NCBI GenBank assembly: GCA_018667355.1
Contig: JABIVC010000013.1
Location: forward strand, 74,305-138,304
Direction: 5' to 3'
Length of the DNA: 64,000 nucleotides
Source: Gammaproteobacteria bacterium
GTDB lineage: Bacteria > Pseudomonadota > Gammaproteobacteria > GCA-002705445 > GCA-002716945
Position 1 is the first letter of the stretch. Each line of letters opens with the position of its first letter. Positions 11,151 to 22,882 of this stretch are shown here, one piece after another. Below the pieces are notes generated by a model, which worked only from the letters and a program-made list of their open reading frames with translations, was not told where the DNA came from and did no database searches. The position numbers were made by a program, and so were the translations under genes.

Positions 11151-11166
11151 TTCTATTGCAATTACA

Positions 11167-11195
11167 CTTGAAATTTGGGAAAAGGTCGCTATATT
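11167..11195 (+). promoter_or_regulatory. candidate groESL promoter (CTTGAAA -35-like element, then TATATT about 16 bp downstream); could serve sigma32 and/or sigma70
   Basis: Read in the intergenic region 11151-11246; no CIRCE inverted repeat seen. Confidence 0.3.
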
Positions 11196-11246
11196 ATCTA
11201 TCTGAGAGCAAAAACCGCTCATTTGAACAATTAATGAGGATTACAT

Positions 11247-13227
<1,981 letters not shown>

Positions 13228-13260
13228 CTTAAAAAATTTGTATTAGTACAATTTTATTTC

Positions 13261-13290
13261 AAAACCCCTTTTTATAGGGGTTTTGTTATT
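13261..13290 (+). terminator. rho-independent terminator after groEL (AAAACCCC / 8-nt loop / GGGGTTTT stem, then T-rich tail)
   Basis: Perfect 8-bp inverted repeat read directly. Confidence 0.6.
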
Positions 13291-13310
13291 TCTAGTGTTA
13301 AGATATATTT

Positions 13311-14957
13311 ATGGAGAAAATATGGCTTAAACATTATCCGAAAAATGTGCCATCAATAATTAGTAAATCAAAATTTAATTCAATTATAGATTTGATGAGA
13401 AACTCATCTACCTTATTCCCGAATAATACTGCTTTTACAAACTTAAATACTAAATTAAGTTATAAAAAAATAGATGCATACTCAGAAAAATTTGGAGCTT
13501 ATCTTCAAACTAAGTTATCTATAACTAAAGGATGTACGATTGCAATAATGTTGCCAAACCTATTAACATATCCTGTTGCACTATTTGGGGCATATATAGC
13601 TGGTGCTACAGTAGTTAATATTAACCCATTGTTTAAAAGTAGAGAAATAGAAAACGTATTAAATGATTCGAGAACAGATACTATAATTATACTAGACCGC
13701 TTTATATCAGAATTAAAACCTATTATAAAAAATACATCTATCAAAAATATTATTGTTTGCAGGGTAACTGATTTATTATCTCCTAGTATGTCTATTATGG
13801 TCAAAATAGCTTTGTTCTTCCGCGGACCAAAGATAAATCTTGATAGAAACTATTTATACTTTTCTAGCATCTTATCAAACTCATATCCAAGAGCTAATAT
13901 GATATTGGATAATAATGATATTGCATTATTACAATACACAGGTGGTACTACAGGAAAATCTAAAGCAGCGGTCCTTACACATGGGAATATATTATCTAAT
14001 GTTGAACAATTAGGATCATGGGTCGGACCAATTATTTCATCAGGTAAAGAAAATATTATAACCGCATTACCTCTTTATCATATTTTTTCATTTACAGTTA
14101 ACCTAATATATTTTTATAGCATAGGATCTAATAATATATTAGTAACAAATCCTAGAGACCTAAAAAGCTTCCTTAAAACTTTAAAGAAATATAAATTTAC
14201 AGTTATCACAGGTGTTAACACATTGTTTAATTTATTATTAACCAGTTCATCATTTAGAAAAATTGACTTTAGTTCCTTAAAATTCACAGTTGGTGGCGGA
14301 ATGTCTGTTTTAAAAAGTACTGCTGATAAATGGAAGAAGGTAACTGGAGTGAATATTACCCAGGGTTATGGTCTAACAGAGACTTCACCAATCGTTTCAG
14401 TCAATATTATATCTGATTCATTTAATGGAACGATAGGTTTACCAATGCCTTCAACTGATATATCAATCAGGGATGAAAATGGTTCTGAAGTTGATGTGGA
14501 ACAAAAAGGAGAACTTTGTGTAAAAGGCCCACAAGTTATGTCGAAATATTGGAATAATATTGAAGAAACTACTAGCTCGTTTACAGATGATGGTTTTTTT
14601 AAAACAGGTGATATTTCTACTATTAATAAAGATGGATTCCTAAGAATTGTCGATAGAAAAAAAGATATGATTATTACATCAGGTTATAATGTTTATCCTA
14701 ATGAGATTGAAGAGTATGTATCTCAACACCCAGATGTCAATGAATGTGGTGTAATTGGTATAAATGACATTAATCGTGGTGAGAGTATAAGCTTATTCAT
14801 TGTTAAAACAAGAGAAAGTCTAACTAAGGCGGAGATTATTAATTATTGTAAAAAAGGTTTAACAGTTTATAAGATACCAAAAAAAGTTATATTTATAAAC
14901 GAGATTCCTAAAAATAATGTCGGTAAAATACTTAGAAGAAAATTAAGAGAGTTATAG
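13311..14957 (+). CDS. fadD: long-chain-fatty-acid--CoA ligase
   Basis: 548 aa; near-collinear with E. coli FadD (MEKIWLKHYPKNVP, YTGGTTGKSKAA, GYGLTE, GKILRR). Confidence 0.8.
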   Translation: MEKIWLKHYPKNVPSIISKSKFNSIIDLMRNSSTLFPNNTAFTNLNTKLSYKKIDAYSEKFGAYLQTKLSITKGCTIAIMLPNLLTYPVALFGAYIAGATVVNINPLFKSREIENVLNDSRTDTIIILDRFISELKPIIKNTSIKNIIVCRVTDLLSPSMSIMVKIALFFRGPKINLDRNYLYFSSILSNSYPRANMILDNNDIALLQYTGGTTGKSKAAVLTHGNILSNVEQLGSWVGPIISSGKENIITALPLYHIFSFTVNLIYFYSIGSNNILVTNPRDLKSFLKTLKKYKFTVITGVNTLFNLLLTSSSFRKIDFSSLKFTVGGGMSVLKSTADKWKKVTGVNITQGYGLTETSPIVSVNIISDSFNGTIGLPMPSTDISIRDENGSEVDVEQKGELCVKGPQVMSKYWNNIEETTSSFTDDGFFKTGDISTINKDGFLRIVDRKKDMIITSGYNVYPNEIEEYVSQHPDVNECGVIGINDINRGESISLFIVKTRESLTKAEIINYCKKGLTVYKIPKKVIFINEIPKNNVGKILRRKLREL

Positions 14958-16004
14958 TTATTTACTAAATAATATTAAGTGATCCATTTCTGATTTTATT
15001 CCAATAACCTCATTAATTTCATGATCATGATGGCTTGGCGTATAGCAGAAAATATTTTCGCCATTATTAAGCTTCAACTTATATAAAAAATCTGATCCAT
15101 GAAAGATTTTTTCTATTACCTGCGCCGATTTAGTAGAATCATCATCATGAATTACATCATCTGGTCTAATCATGATATCTACGTTTGTACCAATTTTATA
15201 AGCTGATGTTTTACCAAAAAACTTACCAAGGTCTGTTAAGACATGATTTGCATCAATGACTTTGCCATCAATGAAACTGCCAATCCCGCAAAAATTTGCT
15301 ATTTCTCTTGTCAAGGGCTTATGATATATATTATAAGGAGTATCAATTTGAACAATCTTTTTATCATTCAGAAAAGCAATCTTATCAGATAATTGAAAAG
15401 CTTCTTTTATGTTATGTGTTATAACAATGGTAGTAATCTTTTCTTCTTTTAGTAATATCTTTACATCAGCTAGTAGTTTTTCTTTCAACTCTTCATCGAG
15501 TGCACTGAAAGGCTCATCTAATAATAGAATTTCTGGTCTAGGCGCTAAAGCTCTTGCTATGGCAACCCTTTGCTGCTGCCCACCGGATATTTCATGAGGA
15601 AATTTATTAGTAATTTTAGCAATATCAAGGAGTTGTTCCAGCCTTTGAAGTCTTTGAGTTTGTTCTTTAGCAGACAGCTTGGATATCCCAAATGTTATAT
15701 TGTCTGCACAATTCAGATGTGGAAACAATGCTAGATCTTGAAAGATAATACCTATATTTCTTTTCTGTGGCTCAATAACTCTTACACCATTATCAACTGT
15801 TTGGCCATTCAATTTAATTTTTCCAGCAGCAATATTTTCAAAACCTGCAATTACTCTTAATAGTGAAGTTTTACCAGACGCACTTGGGCCTATTATAGAT
15901 ATTATTTCTTCCTCTTTTATGCTTAGAAAAAGATTATCTAGAATTCTATTTCCATCTAAATTCAATGTAATATTATCAATCTCTAATTTCATTTCCAATT
16001 CCAT
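14958..16004 (-). CDS. fbpC: Fe(3+) ABC transporter ATP-binding protein (FbpC/AfuC-like, with C-terminal TOBE domain)
   Basis: Walker A GPSASGKTS, LSGGQQQRVAIARA and DEPFSALD; the roughly 100-aa C-terminal extension is typical of FbpC/PotA. Confidence 0.7.
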   Translation of the reverse strand: MELEMKLEIDNITLNLDGNRILDNLFLSIKEEEIISIIGPSASGKTSLLRVIAGFENIAAGKIKLNGQTVDNGVRVIEPQKRNIGIIFQDLALFPHLNCADNITFGISKLSAKEQTQRLQRLEQLLDIAKITNKFPHEISGGQQQRVAIARALAPRPEILLLDEPFSALDEELKEKLLADVKILLKEEKITTIVITHNIKEAFQLSDKIAFLNDKKIVQIDTPYNIYHKPLTREIANFCGIGSFIDGKVIDANHVLTDLGKFFGKTSAYKIGTNVDIMIRPDDVIHDDDSTKSAQVIEKIFHGSDFLYKLKLNNGENIFCYTPSHHDHEINEVIGIKSEMDHLILFSK

Positions 16005-17613
16005 TATTAACAGTTTTTTTGATTAATATTATAACAGGTATTAGACCAATAATAATTAGCATTAGAGCTGGTGATGCAATAAATGATAATTGCTCAGATG
16101 ATGCAAGTTCATAAATATGTATCGCTAAAGTATCAAAATTAAATGGTCGTAAAATTAATGTAGCTGGTAATTCTTTAACAATATCTACAAACACCAAAAT
16201 AAGCGAAGTTATAACAGTTGTTTTCATCATCGGTATATGGATATTTTTTAATATCATAAAGTTCGTAAATCCAAAAGACTTGGCAGTCAAGTCTATATTA
16301 TTTTTTATTTTACCCAATCCAGATTCTATTGCATTAAATGATATAGTTGAAAATCTAACGAGATATGCAATCAACAGTGCAACAAATGAGCCGCTTAGAA
16401 AAATTACAGGAGACCCAAATATTAATGCTTGAATATTATCTAAGAATGCAAGAGGTATAATAATCCCAACCGCAATTACAACTCCTGGTATCGAATATCC
16501 TATAGAAAAAATCTTTAGCGAGAGTTTAGTATATAAGCTGTTACTCGACCTATTAATATAAGATGCATATATCGATATTAAGACTATTATGATTGATGAA
16601 ATCGTTGCTATTATCAAAGTATTTAAAATTATGTCAATAAATTCTCTATCAAATAAATATGAATAGGTATCCATTAACCATATAAATAATTGAAGAATTG
16701 GGATTATAAAACCAACCATCGAAATTAATGAACACCATAAGAATGCATAAACAGCTTTTATTGGAGACATATTACTTGATTGTGTAAATCTTGAATTTTG
16801 TGATGTGTGTTCATATTTGCTACGCCCTCTTGAATACTTTTCTAAGATGATAAGCAAAAAAACAAATGTTAGTAAGATAGATGCTAAATGGAGTGCACTA
16901 GTATCATCACCAAAAGCAAACCATGTCCTATATATACCTGTTGTAAATGTACTAATACCATAGTAATCCATAGTCCCAAACTCCGCTAAAGTTTCCATCA
17001 TTACTAGACTTAACCCTGCAATTATTCCAGGTCTAGCAAGAGGAATACTTATTTTGATAAATAATTCCTTTCTATTTAGGCCTAATGATTTCCCAACTTC
17101 AATTGCACAATTTGATTGCTCCTTAAATGATGAGTATGTCAATAAATATACATATGGATATAAACATATACTTAGTATGAAGATTACCCCATAAATATTT
17201 CTCAAATCAACTAAACTATATAATTCTTTACCCATTCCTAGGGTATGCTCAATTGTATCAAATAAAAACCCAGATGGTTCAACTAACCCAGCATATATAT
17301 ATGCTGAAACATAGGTAGGTATAGCTATAGGCATAACTAATAACCATTTAAATATATCTTTTCCTGGAAATGTATACATGTTTATAAGCCAAGCGCAAGA
17401 AACTCCTAATATTAGAGATATTATTCCAACAGAAATTAAAATTACAAAAGTGTTAACTAGATATTCAACCAAGAGGTTATTAGCTAAATGCCCCCATAAA
17501 TATGTTGACGGATAAAATACATATGATACAACAGTTAATATAGGAACTATCACTATCAGGATTATAAGGAATAGAAGAACTTGATCTTTGTAATCTAGAA
17601 TTTTTGCAATCAT
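15976..17613 (-). CDS. fbpB: Fe(3+) ABC transporter permease (fused double-TMD, FbpB-like)
   Basis: 545-aa polytopic protein with two tandem permease modules. Confidence 0.7.
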   Translation of the reverse strand: MIAKILDYKDQVLLFLIILIVIVPILTVVSYVFYPSTYLWGHLANNLLVEYLVNTFVILISVGIISLILGVSCAWLINMYTFPGKDIFKWLLVMPIAIPTYVSAYIYAGLVEPSGFLFDTIEHTLGMGKELYSLVDLRNIYGVIFILSICLYPYVYLLTYSSFKEQSNCAIEVGKSLGLNRKELFIKISIPLARPGIIAGLSLVMMETLAEFGTMDYYGISTFTTGIYRTWFAFGDDTSALHLASILLTFVFLLIILEKYSRGRSKYEHTSQNSRFTQSSNMSPIKAVYAFLWCSLISMVGFIIPILQLFIWLMDTYSYLFDREFIDIILNTLIIATISSIIIVLISIYASYINRSSNSLYTKLSLKIFSIGYSIPGVVIAVGIIIPLAFLDNIQALIFGSPVIFLSGSFVALLIAYLVRFSTISFNAIESGLGKIKNNIDLTAKSFGFTNFMILKNIHIPMMKTTVITSLILVFVDIVKELPATLILRPFNFDTLAIHIYELASSEQLSFIASPALMLIIIGLIPVIILIKKTVNNGIGNEIRD

Positions 17614-17617
17614 ATAT

Positions 17618-18706
17618 TTATTGCCAATTTACCTTATCAAATATCTCGACAGCTTTATGATTACTTTCACCTAAATTATTTGCAGATAATTTATCTTTTT
17701 TAAAAGGATAACCCCATGATTTTACAATATCACTAACTTTGATATTCTCTCTAATTGGATATTCATGATTGGCATTAGCATATAACTCTTGTGCTTCGTC
17801 ACTAGCGAGATATTCAATTAATTTGATAGCATTATCAGGATTCTTTGAATATTTCACAACCCCAGCACCGCTTATATTTATATGAGCACCCCTATTATTT
17901 TGATTAGGAAAATAAACAGAAATTTGTTTAGCATAATTTCTTTCTGTTTCTTTTTTTGAAGACATCCATTTTCCAAGATAATAAGTATTAGCAAGAGTTA
18001 TATCACATTCGCCTAGGATAACTGATGTCATCTGAGTCCTATCATTACCTTTTGGTTTTCTCGAGAGGTTTTTAACAATATCCTCTGCCCAAGCCTCAGC
18101 TTTTTTTTCACCTAAATGAGAAATTAATGATGCAAGCAAAGACTGATTATAAATATTTCCAGACGATCTAACACATATTCTTCCCCTCCATTTTTTATCA
18201 GCCATATCTTCATAAGTTGAAAGATCATTAGAACTTACTGTATTTGGATTATACATTATGACTCTTGATCTAATAGATAATCCATACCAGTAACCGTCTA
18301 TATCTCTTATATTTTCAGGTATCAAAATATTAAGTTTTTTTGAATATATCTTTTTTAATAAATCTTTAGACTTCGCTATATATAGATTACCAGCATCAAC
18401 TGTTAGCAATACATCAGCTCTTGTATTTACTCCCTCTCTTTCAATCCTTTTTTGTAATTCTTTTGATTTCCCTGATATTATATTGACTTTTATCCCAGTA
18501 TTTTTCTCAAAAGCTTTTAATAATGGCTTCATTAAATAGGATTTCCTCGCACTATAAATATTCACTTCCTTTAGTTCATCATGATTAAAAGAGCCATGCG
18601 AGTCTGCCATGGCATAACCTGGGAAATTGCCAATCAATATTAAAAAGACTAATAAAAAACTTAATGATAATTTATGTCTATAGATAGATTTAATAATTAT
18701 TGACAA
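17618..18706 (-). CDS. fbpA: Fe(3+) ABC transporter periplasmic substrate-binding protein (FbpA/AfuA-like)
   Basis: Signal peptide; resembles Haemophilus FbpA. A Fur-box-like palindrome lies upstream. Confidence 0.65.
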   Translation of the reverse strand: MSIIIKSIYRHKLSLSFLLVFLILIGNFPGYAMADSHGSFNHDELKEVNIYSARKSYLMKPLLKAFEKNTGIKVNIISGKSKELQKRIEREGVNTRADVLLTVDAGNLYIAKSKDLLKKIYSKKLNILIPENIRDIDGYWYGLSIRSRVIMYNPNTVSSNDLSTYEDMADKKWRGRICVRSSGNIYNQSLLASLISHLGEKKAEAWAEDIVKNLSRKPKGNDRTQMTSVILGECDITLANTYYLGKWMSSKKETERNYAKQISVYFPNQNNRGAHINISGAGVVKYSKNPDNAIKLIEYLASDEAQELYANANHEYPIRENIKVSDIVKSWGYPFKKDKLSANNLGESNHKAVEIFDKVNWQ

Positions 18707-18725
18707 GTGACCACTCCTTATAAAC

Positions 18726-18744
18726 GAGAATGATTCTCATTATA
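18726..18744 (-). promoter_or_regulatory. Fur-box-like palindrome GAGAATGATTCTCATTATA, 20-38 bp upstream of the fbpA start
   Basis: 15 of 19 matches to GATAATGATAATCATTATC, counted by hand. Confidence 0.45.
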
Positions 18745-18867
18745 CACCTACTGAATATACATTTAAAGTTTTTAAATCTAGGAATTAATCAAAAAATACA
18801 TGTATTTTAGTTACTAAAGTCATGCTATGATTTTCAGTTAATTTATAATAAAAAAAGTGTATAACTC

Positions 18868-19797
18868 ATGATAATGTCTGACCTAGAAGGGCAAATATGG
18901 ATGGATGGTTCTTTTTGTGACTGGAAAGAAGCAAAAATTCATATACTAACCCATACTTTACATTATGGAACTGGTGTATTTGAAGGCGTTAGAGCTTATG
19001 AAACTAAGTCTGGTCCTGCGATTTTTAGACTTGAAGATCACACTGACAGGTTATTTAATTCAGCTAACTTAGTTGGAATGAATATACCTTTTAACAAAGA
19101 AACGCTTATGCAGGCACAGTGCGATGCCGTTAACAAAAATAATCTAAAAAATGCTTATATTAGGCCTTTATGCTTTTATGGTAGCGAGGGAATGGGACTA
19201 AGAGCAGACAATTTAAAAGTTCATTGTGCGATAGCAGCATGGGATTGGGGACCTTATTTGGGTGCTGAAAAAATTATTAATGGCATTAGAGTTAAAGTCT
19301 CACCATTTCCAAAAAGAGATTCAGAAGCCATGTTGTATAAAGCAAAAGCAACTGGAAATTATATAAACTCAAGTCTTGCGCTAAGGGATGCTTTAACATC
19401 TGGATATGATGAAGCTCTCATATTAGGAACAGATAATTCTGTAAATGAAGGTTCAGGAGAGAATATTTTTTTAATTAAAGACAATAAACTAATTACTCCA
19501 GAATTATTAACTGTATTAGATGGCATAACAAGGAAAACCGTTATAGCTTTAGCCGATGATTTAGGCTTGGAAACAATTCAAAGAAAGGTAAAGCTAGAAG
19601 AAGTTTTTAACTGTGATGAAGCTTTTTTTACTGGTACTGCAGCTGAAGTAACCCCTATAATAGAGATAGACGATACAAAGATTAGTAATGGAGTACCAGG
19701 ACCAATAACAAAAATGTTGCAAGAAAATTATTTTAGCCTTATCAGAGGCACTTATGGTAAACATAGCAAATGGTTAACTGTTATTTCAGATAAGTAA
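18868..19797 (+). CDS. ilvE: branched-chain amino acid aminotransferase
   Basis: 309 aa; IWMDGSF..W.EAKIHILTHTLHYGTGVFEGVRAY. Confidence 0.85.
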   Translation: MIMSDLEGQIWMDGSFCDWKEAKIHILTHTLHYGTGVFEGVRAYETKSGPAIFRLEDHTDRLFNSANLVGMNIPFNKETLMQAQCDAVNKNNLKNAYIRPLCFYGSEGMGLRADNLKVHCAIAAWDWGPYLGAEKIINGIRVKVSPFPKRDSEAMLYKAKATGNYINSSLALRDALTSGYDEALILGTDNSVNEGSGENIFLIKDNKLITPELLTVLDGITRKTVIALADDLGLETIQRKVKLEEVFNCDEAFFTGTAAEVTPIIEIDDTKISNGVPGPITKMLQENYFSLIRGTYGKHSKWLTVISDK

Positions 19798-20724
19798 ATG
19801 ATTCCAAAAAAGAAAATACTTGTTATTGGCGATATTATGTTAGACAGATATTGGATGGGGCAGGTTAATAGAATATCACCTGAAGCACCAGTACCTATAC
19901 TAGATGTTTGTTCGTCAATAGATAAACCGGGCGGAGCTGCAAATGTGGCAAAAAACTTATCTGATTTTGGAATGGATGTAACATTAATTGGTTTAACAGG
20001 AAAAGATGAAGCAGCTGCTAAACTGAAAGAGATCATCGGTGATTCAAGTATTTACTATGCCCCTATCGAAGACCCAAAAATTAGAACTACAATAAAGTTA
20101 AGAGTAATTGATAAAAATAAGCAAATAATGCGAATTGATCATGAGGATAAAGACCTTTCGAAAATTGTTAGCAACACCTGTAAATCTATAGAGAAGACTT
20201 TGGACCAATATGATGGAATTGTCATATCTGATTATGATAAAGGTATGATAAAGCCGCTAGTCAAAAAAATATTAAACAAAGCAAGACTGCTTGGTATCAA
20301 AACCTTTGTCGACCCAAAAGGTTTAGATTTTAATTTTTATAAAAAAGCATTTTTACTGAAGCCAAACTTAATTGAGTTTGAAGCAATAGTAGGAGTGTCC
20401 AAGGATAGAAAAGAATTTATTGCAAAAGGTGAAAAGCTCAGAAAGAAGCTATCAGTAGACTGTCTTCTTGTTACTGAGGGTAAAAAGGGCATGACTTTGT
20501 TTGAAAAGAGAAAATCAACATCTTATAATGCATCTCAGAAAGATGTATTTGATGTTACTGGTGCTGGTGACACGGTTATATCTATATTAGCTTCATATAT
20601 CATAGCAGGCAAAAATATTTCTTCAGCTGTAAAAATGTCTAATTTAGCAGCTGGACTATCCGTTCAAAAGCTTGGTTCAACAAGTGTAACCCAAAGTGAA
20701 TTATCTGATGAATCTAAAAAATAA
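19798..20724 (+). CDS. hldE: D-glycero-beta-D-manno-heptose-7-phosphate kinase (HldE domain I / HldA-like)
   Basis: PfkB-family kinase motifs (GGAANVA, DVTGAGDT). The stop lies at an A6 tract and the downstream ORF is the HldE domain II in the +1 frame. Confidence 0.8.
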   Translation: MIPKKKILVIGDIMLDRYWMGQVNRISPEAPVPILDVCSSIDKPGGAANVAKNLSDFGMDVTLIGLTGKDEAAAKLKEIIGDSSIYYAPIEDPKIRTTIKLRVIDKNKQIMRIDHEDKDLSKIVSNTCKSIEKTLDQYDGIVISDYDKGMIKPLVKKILNKARLLGIKTFVDPKGLDFNFYKKAFLLKPNLIEFEAIVGVSKDRKEFIAKGEKLRKKLSVDCLLVTEGKKGMTLFEKRKSTSYNASQKDVFDVTGAGDTVISILASYIIAGKNISSAVKMSNLAAGLSVQKLGSTSVTQSELSDESKK

Positions 20725-21193
20725 TAAACTTGTAGAGAGTTTGCCAGATCTTATAGCATTATGCAGAGGTTATGAGTCTGAAAATAAAAAAGTTGTTATG
20801 ACTAATGGTTGTTTTGATATTTTACATTCTGGCCATACTCATCTTTTACAAGAGTCAAAAAATTTAGGTGATATATTGATAGTTGCTCTGAATAGCGATA
20901 TGTCAATTAAAAAAATAAAATCTAATAATAGACCAATTATCGAAGAATCAGACAGAGCATATGTTTTGTCATGCTTAAGCTCGGTAGATCATATAATTTT
21001 ATTTGATGAAGAAAGTCCTGAGAAAATTATTTGTGACGTGTTGCCTGAAGTACTAGTTAAAGGCAGTGATTATAAAGGAAAAAAAGTTGCGGGAGAAGCA
21101 TGTTTGCTCAGACATGGAAAAAAAGTCATACTCATTGATTTAATTAAAGGTAAATCTTCAACATCTATAATCGAAAAGGTTTTAAAACTTTAG
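20696..21193 (+). CDS. hldE: D-glycero-beta-D-manno-heptose-1-phosphate adenylyltransferase (HldE domain II / HldC-like)
   Basis: Cytidylyltransferase motif VVMTNGCFDILHSGH. Overlaps the kinase ORF by 29 nt. First in-frame ATG at 20708 (the track's 20696 start is GTG). Confidence 0.8.
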   Translation: MNYLMNLKNNKLVESLPDLIALCRGYESENKKVVMTNGCFDILHSGHTHLLQESKNLGDILIVALNSDMSIKKIKSNNRPIIEESDRAYVLSCLSSVDHIILFDEESPEKIICDVLPEVLVKGSDYKGKKVAGEACLLRHGKKVILIDLIKGKSSTSIIEKVLKL

Positions 21194-22210
21194 AATAGCA
21201 TCTATATTTTTTGTAACATCTTCAATTCTAATTAGTGACATGGCTTTTTTATTTCTTACTCGCTTACCCCATTTAACAGAGTCTTCAGTTTCTTTATTAA
21301 ACTTTATCAATGCCTCAGGATATTTATTTATAATATATTTCATATTGCGATATGGCCCTGTTCTAAATGGATTCGATGTTGCAAATAAACCAATTACAGG
21401 TTTAGCAAGCAAAGAAGCCATATGCATAGTTCCAGAATCAGAGCCGATATATAATTCTGAATTCTTAATTATATTATACGCTTGTTCTAAGCTTGTTGAA
21501 CCAACCATATTAGTTACGTTATTTATATTATTAAACTCAGCAGACTTTCTTATTTCATAATCACTTTTTCCTCCAATAATAATAGAGTCAATGCTATATT
21601 TTTCATTAATATATTTGACTATCACTTTATAGTTATCAATATCCCATTCTCTATAATTAAATCTACGTGAACTGGTAAAGGGATTGAATACAATATATTT
21701 TTTATTTATTATTTTTTTAGCTTCGCTAATATTTATTTCATAATCGAGATACTTATTATTGATACCAATCTCTTTTAAAAAATAAAAAAATGTATCCAGA
21801 ACATGAATTCTTGGTTTTGGCCTTATTCTTTCATTAATAAATAATGAGTGGAAATTTTTTGAATTAGGCGAGTCAAAGCCAATCTTACGTATTGAATTTA
21901 CATATAAACTAATTATATTGGATCTCAATGAAACTTGCATATGAAGTAACACATCATATACTTTATCTTTGTTAATCAGTCTCAACTTTTTCAACGATAG
22001 CCTAAAATTATTTTTGTCTATCACAATAAAATCAACACCTTTGATATTCTTGACTAGCGAGTATTCTGTTTTACCGATAATCCATGTAAGATTTGCATGT
22101 GGTAGATAGTATTTTAATGTTTGTATTATTGGTATCATATGAGTAATATCACCAATAGATGAAAGTCTTATGATACAAATAGAATTTAATTGATTAGCAA
22201 CTTGGGACAT
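21182..22210 (-). CDS. ADP-heptose:LPS heptosyltransferase (glycosyltransferase family 9)
   Basis: ICIIRLSSIGDITHMIPI N-terminal signature. Start re-picked at the internal Met (22210) from N-terminal alignment to WaaC/WaaF. I cannot distinguish heptosyltransferase I from II. Confidence 0.7.
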   Translation of the reverse strand: MSQVANQLNSICIIRLSSIGDITHMIPIIQTLKYYLPHANLTWIIGKTEYSLVKNIKGVDFIVIDKNNFRLSLKKLRLINKDKVYDVLLHMQVSLRSNIISLYVNSIRKIGFDSPNSKNFHSLFINERIRPKPRIHVLDTFFYFLKEIGINNKYLDYEINISEAKKIINKKYIVFNPFTSSRRFNYREWDIDNYKVIVKYINEKYSIDSIIIGGKSDYEIRKSAEFNNINNVTNMVGSTSLEQAYNIIKNSELYIGSDSGTMHMASLLAKPVIGLFATSNPFRTGPYRNMKYIINKYPEALIKFNKETEDSVKWGKRVRNKKAMSLIRIEDVTKNIDAILKF

Positions 22211-22882
22211 AATTTGAGTATTATTATTAAAAAAATTAACAATCACTTCATATTCTATGATAAAGACATTGAAATTAATATAGAAGAATCCTTTTTTAAT
22301 GGGAACTTCGCTACCGATGAAGCACTCAATGTTCAATGGATACATAATAGAAGATGGGTTAAGAAACATTATTTTCGCAAAGGGTTAATGTCATTTCTTG
22401 ATGATAAATACATAACCAAGGGAATCAAAGATACCAGATCATACAAAGAATATTTCATATTAAACTATTTATTTAAATCAGGTTTTAATACCTGTAGACC
22501 AATCATTGGCTGGGTAACATATGGCCACATATACTATACTGCAAATCTCGTGACAGAGGCTTTGCCATCCATTACCTTAATGAAAGTCCTACAACTTAAT
22601 ACTATGAAGGATCTGTATTGGGAGAAAATTGGGATTGAAGTTAGAAAAATGCATGACTTAGGTATATATCATGGTGATTTAAATATAACTAATATTATGA
22701 TTGATGAAAAGAAGGGGAATATATTCATATTAGACTTTGACAAGTCACATTTTAGGAAAATAGACGAGAGTGTTGGCAAATCAAATCTGAAGAGGTTAAA
22801 GCGTTCATTGCTAAAAAATAATTTTTTTAATGAGTTAGATTACAAAAAAATCATTGATAGCTATAGTTTTTTTAAGAAATAA
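22190..22882 (+). CDS. kdkA: 3-deoxy-D-manno-octulosonic acid (Kdo) kinase
   Basis: LPS-kinase family (IYHGDLNITNIMID, ILDFDKS), collinear with Haemophilus KdkA. The start is a TTG in the track and is uncertain. Confidence 0.6.
   Translation: MISNLGHNLSIIIKKINNHFIFYDKDIEINIEESFFNGNFATDEALNVQWIHNRRWVKKHYFRKGLMSFLDDKYITKGIKDTRSYKEYFILNYLFKSGFNTCRPIIGWVTYGHIYYTANLVTEALPSITLMKVLQLNTMKDLYWEKIGIEVRKMHDLGIYHGDLNITNIMIDEKKGNIFILDFDKSHFRKIDESVGKSNLKRLKRSLLKNNFFNELDYKKIIDSYSFFKK

Noticed and set aside
21240-21560. 106-aa plus-strand ORF inside the heptosyltransferase gene.
   Set aside because: It is antisense to a gene with a clear GT9 signature and has no motifs.
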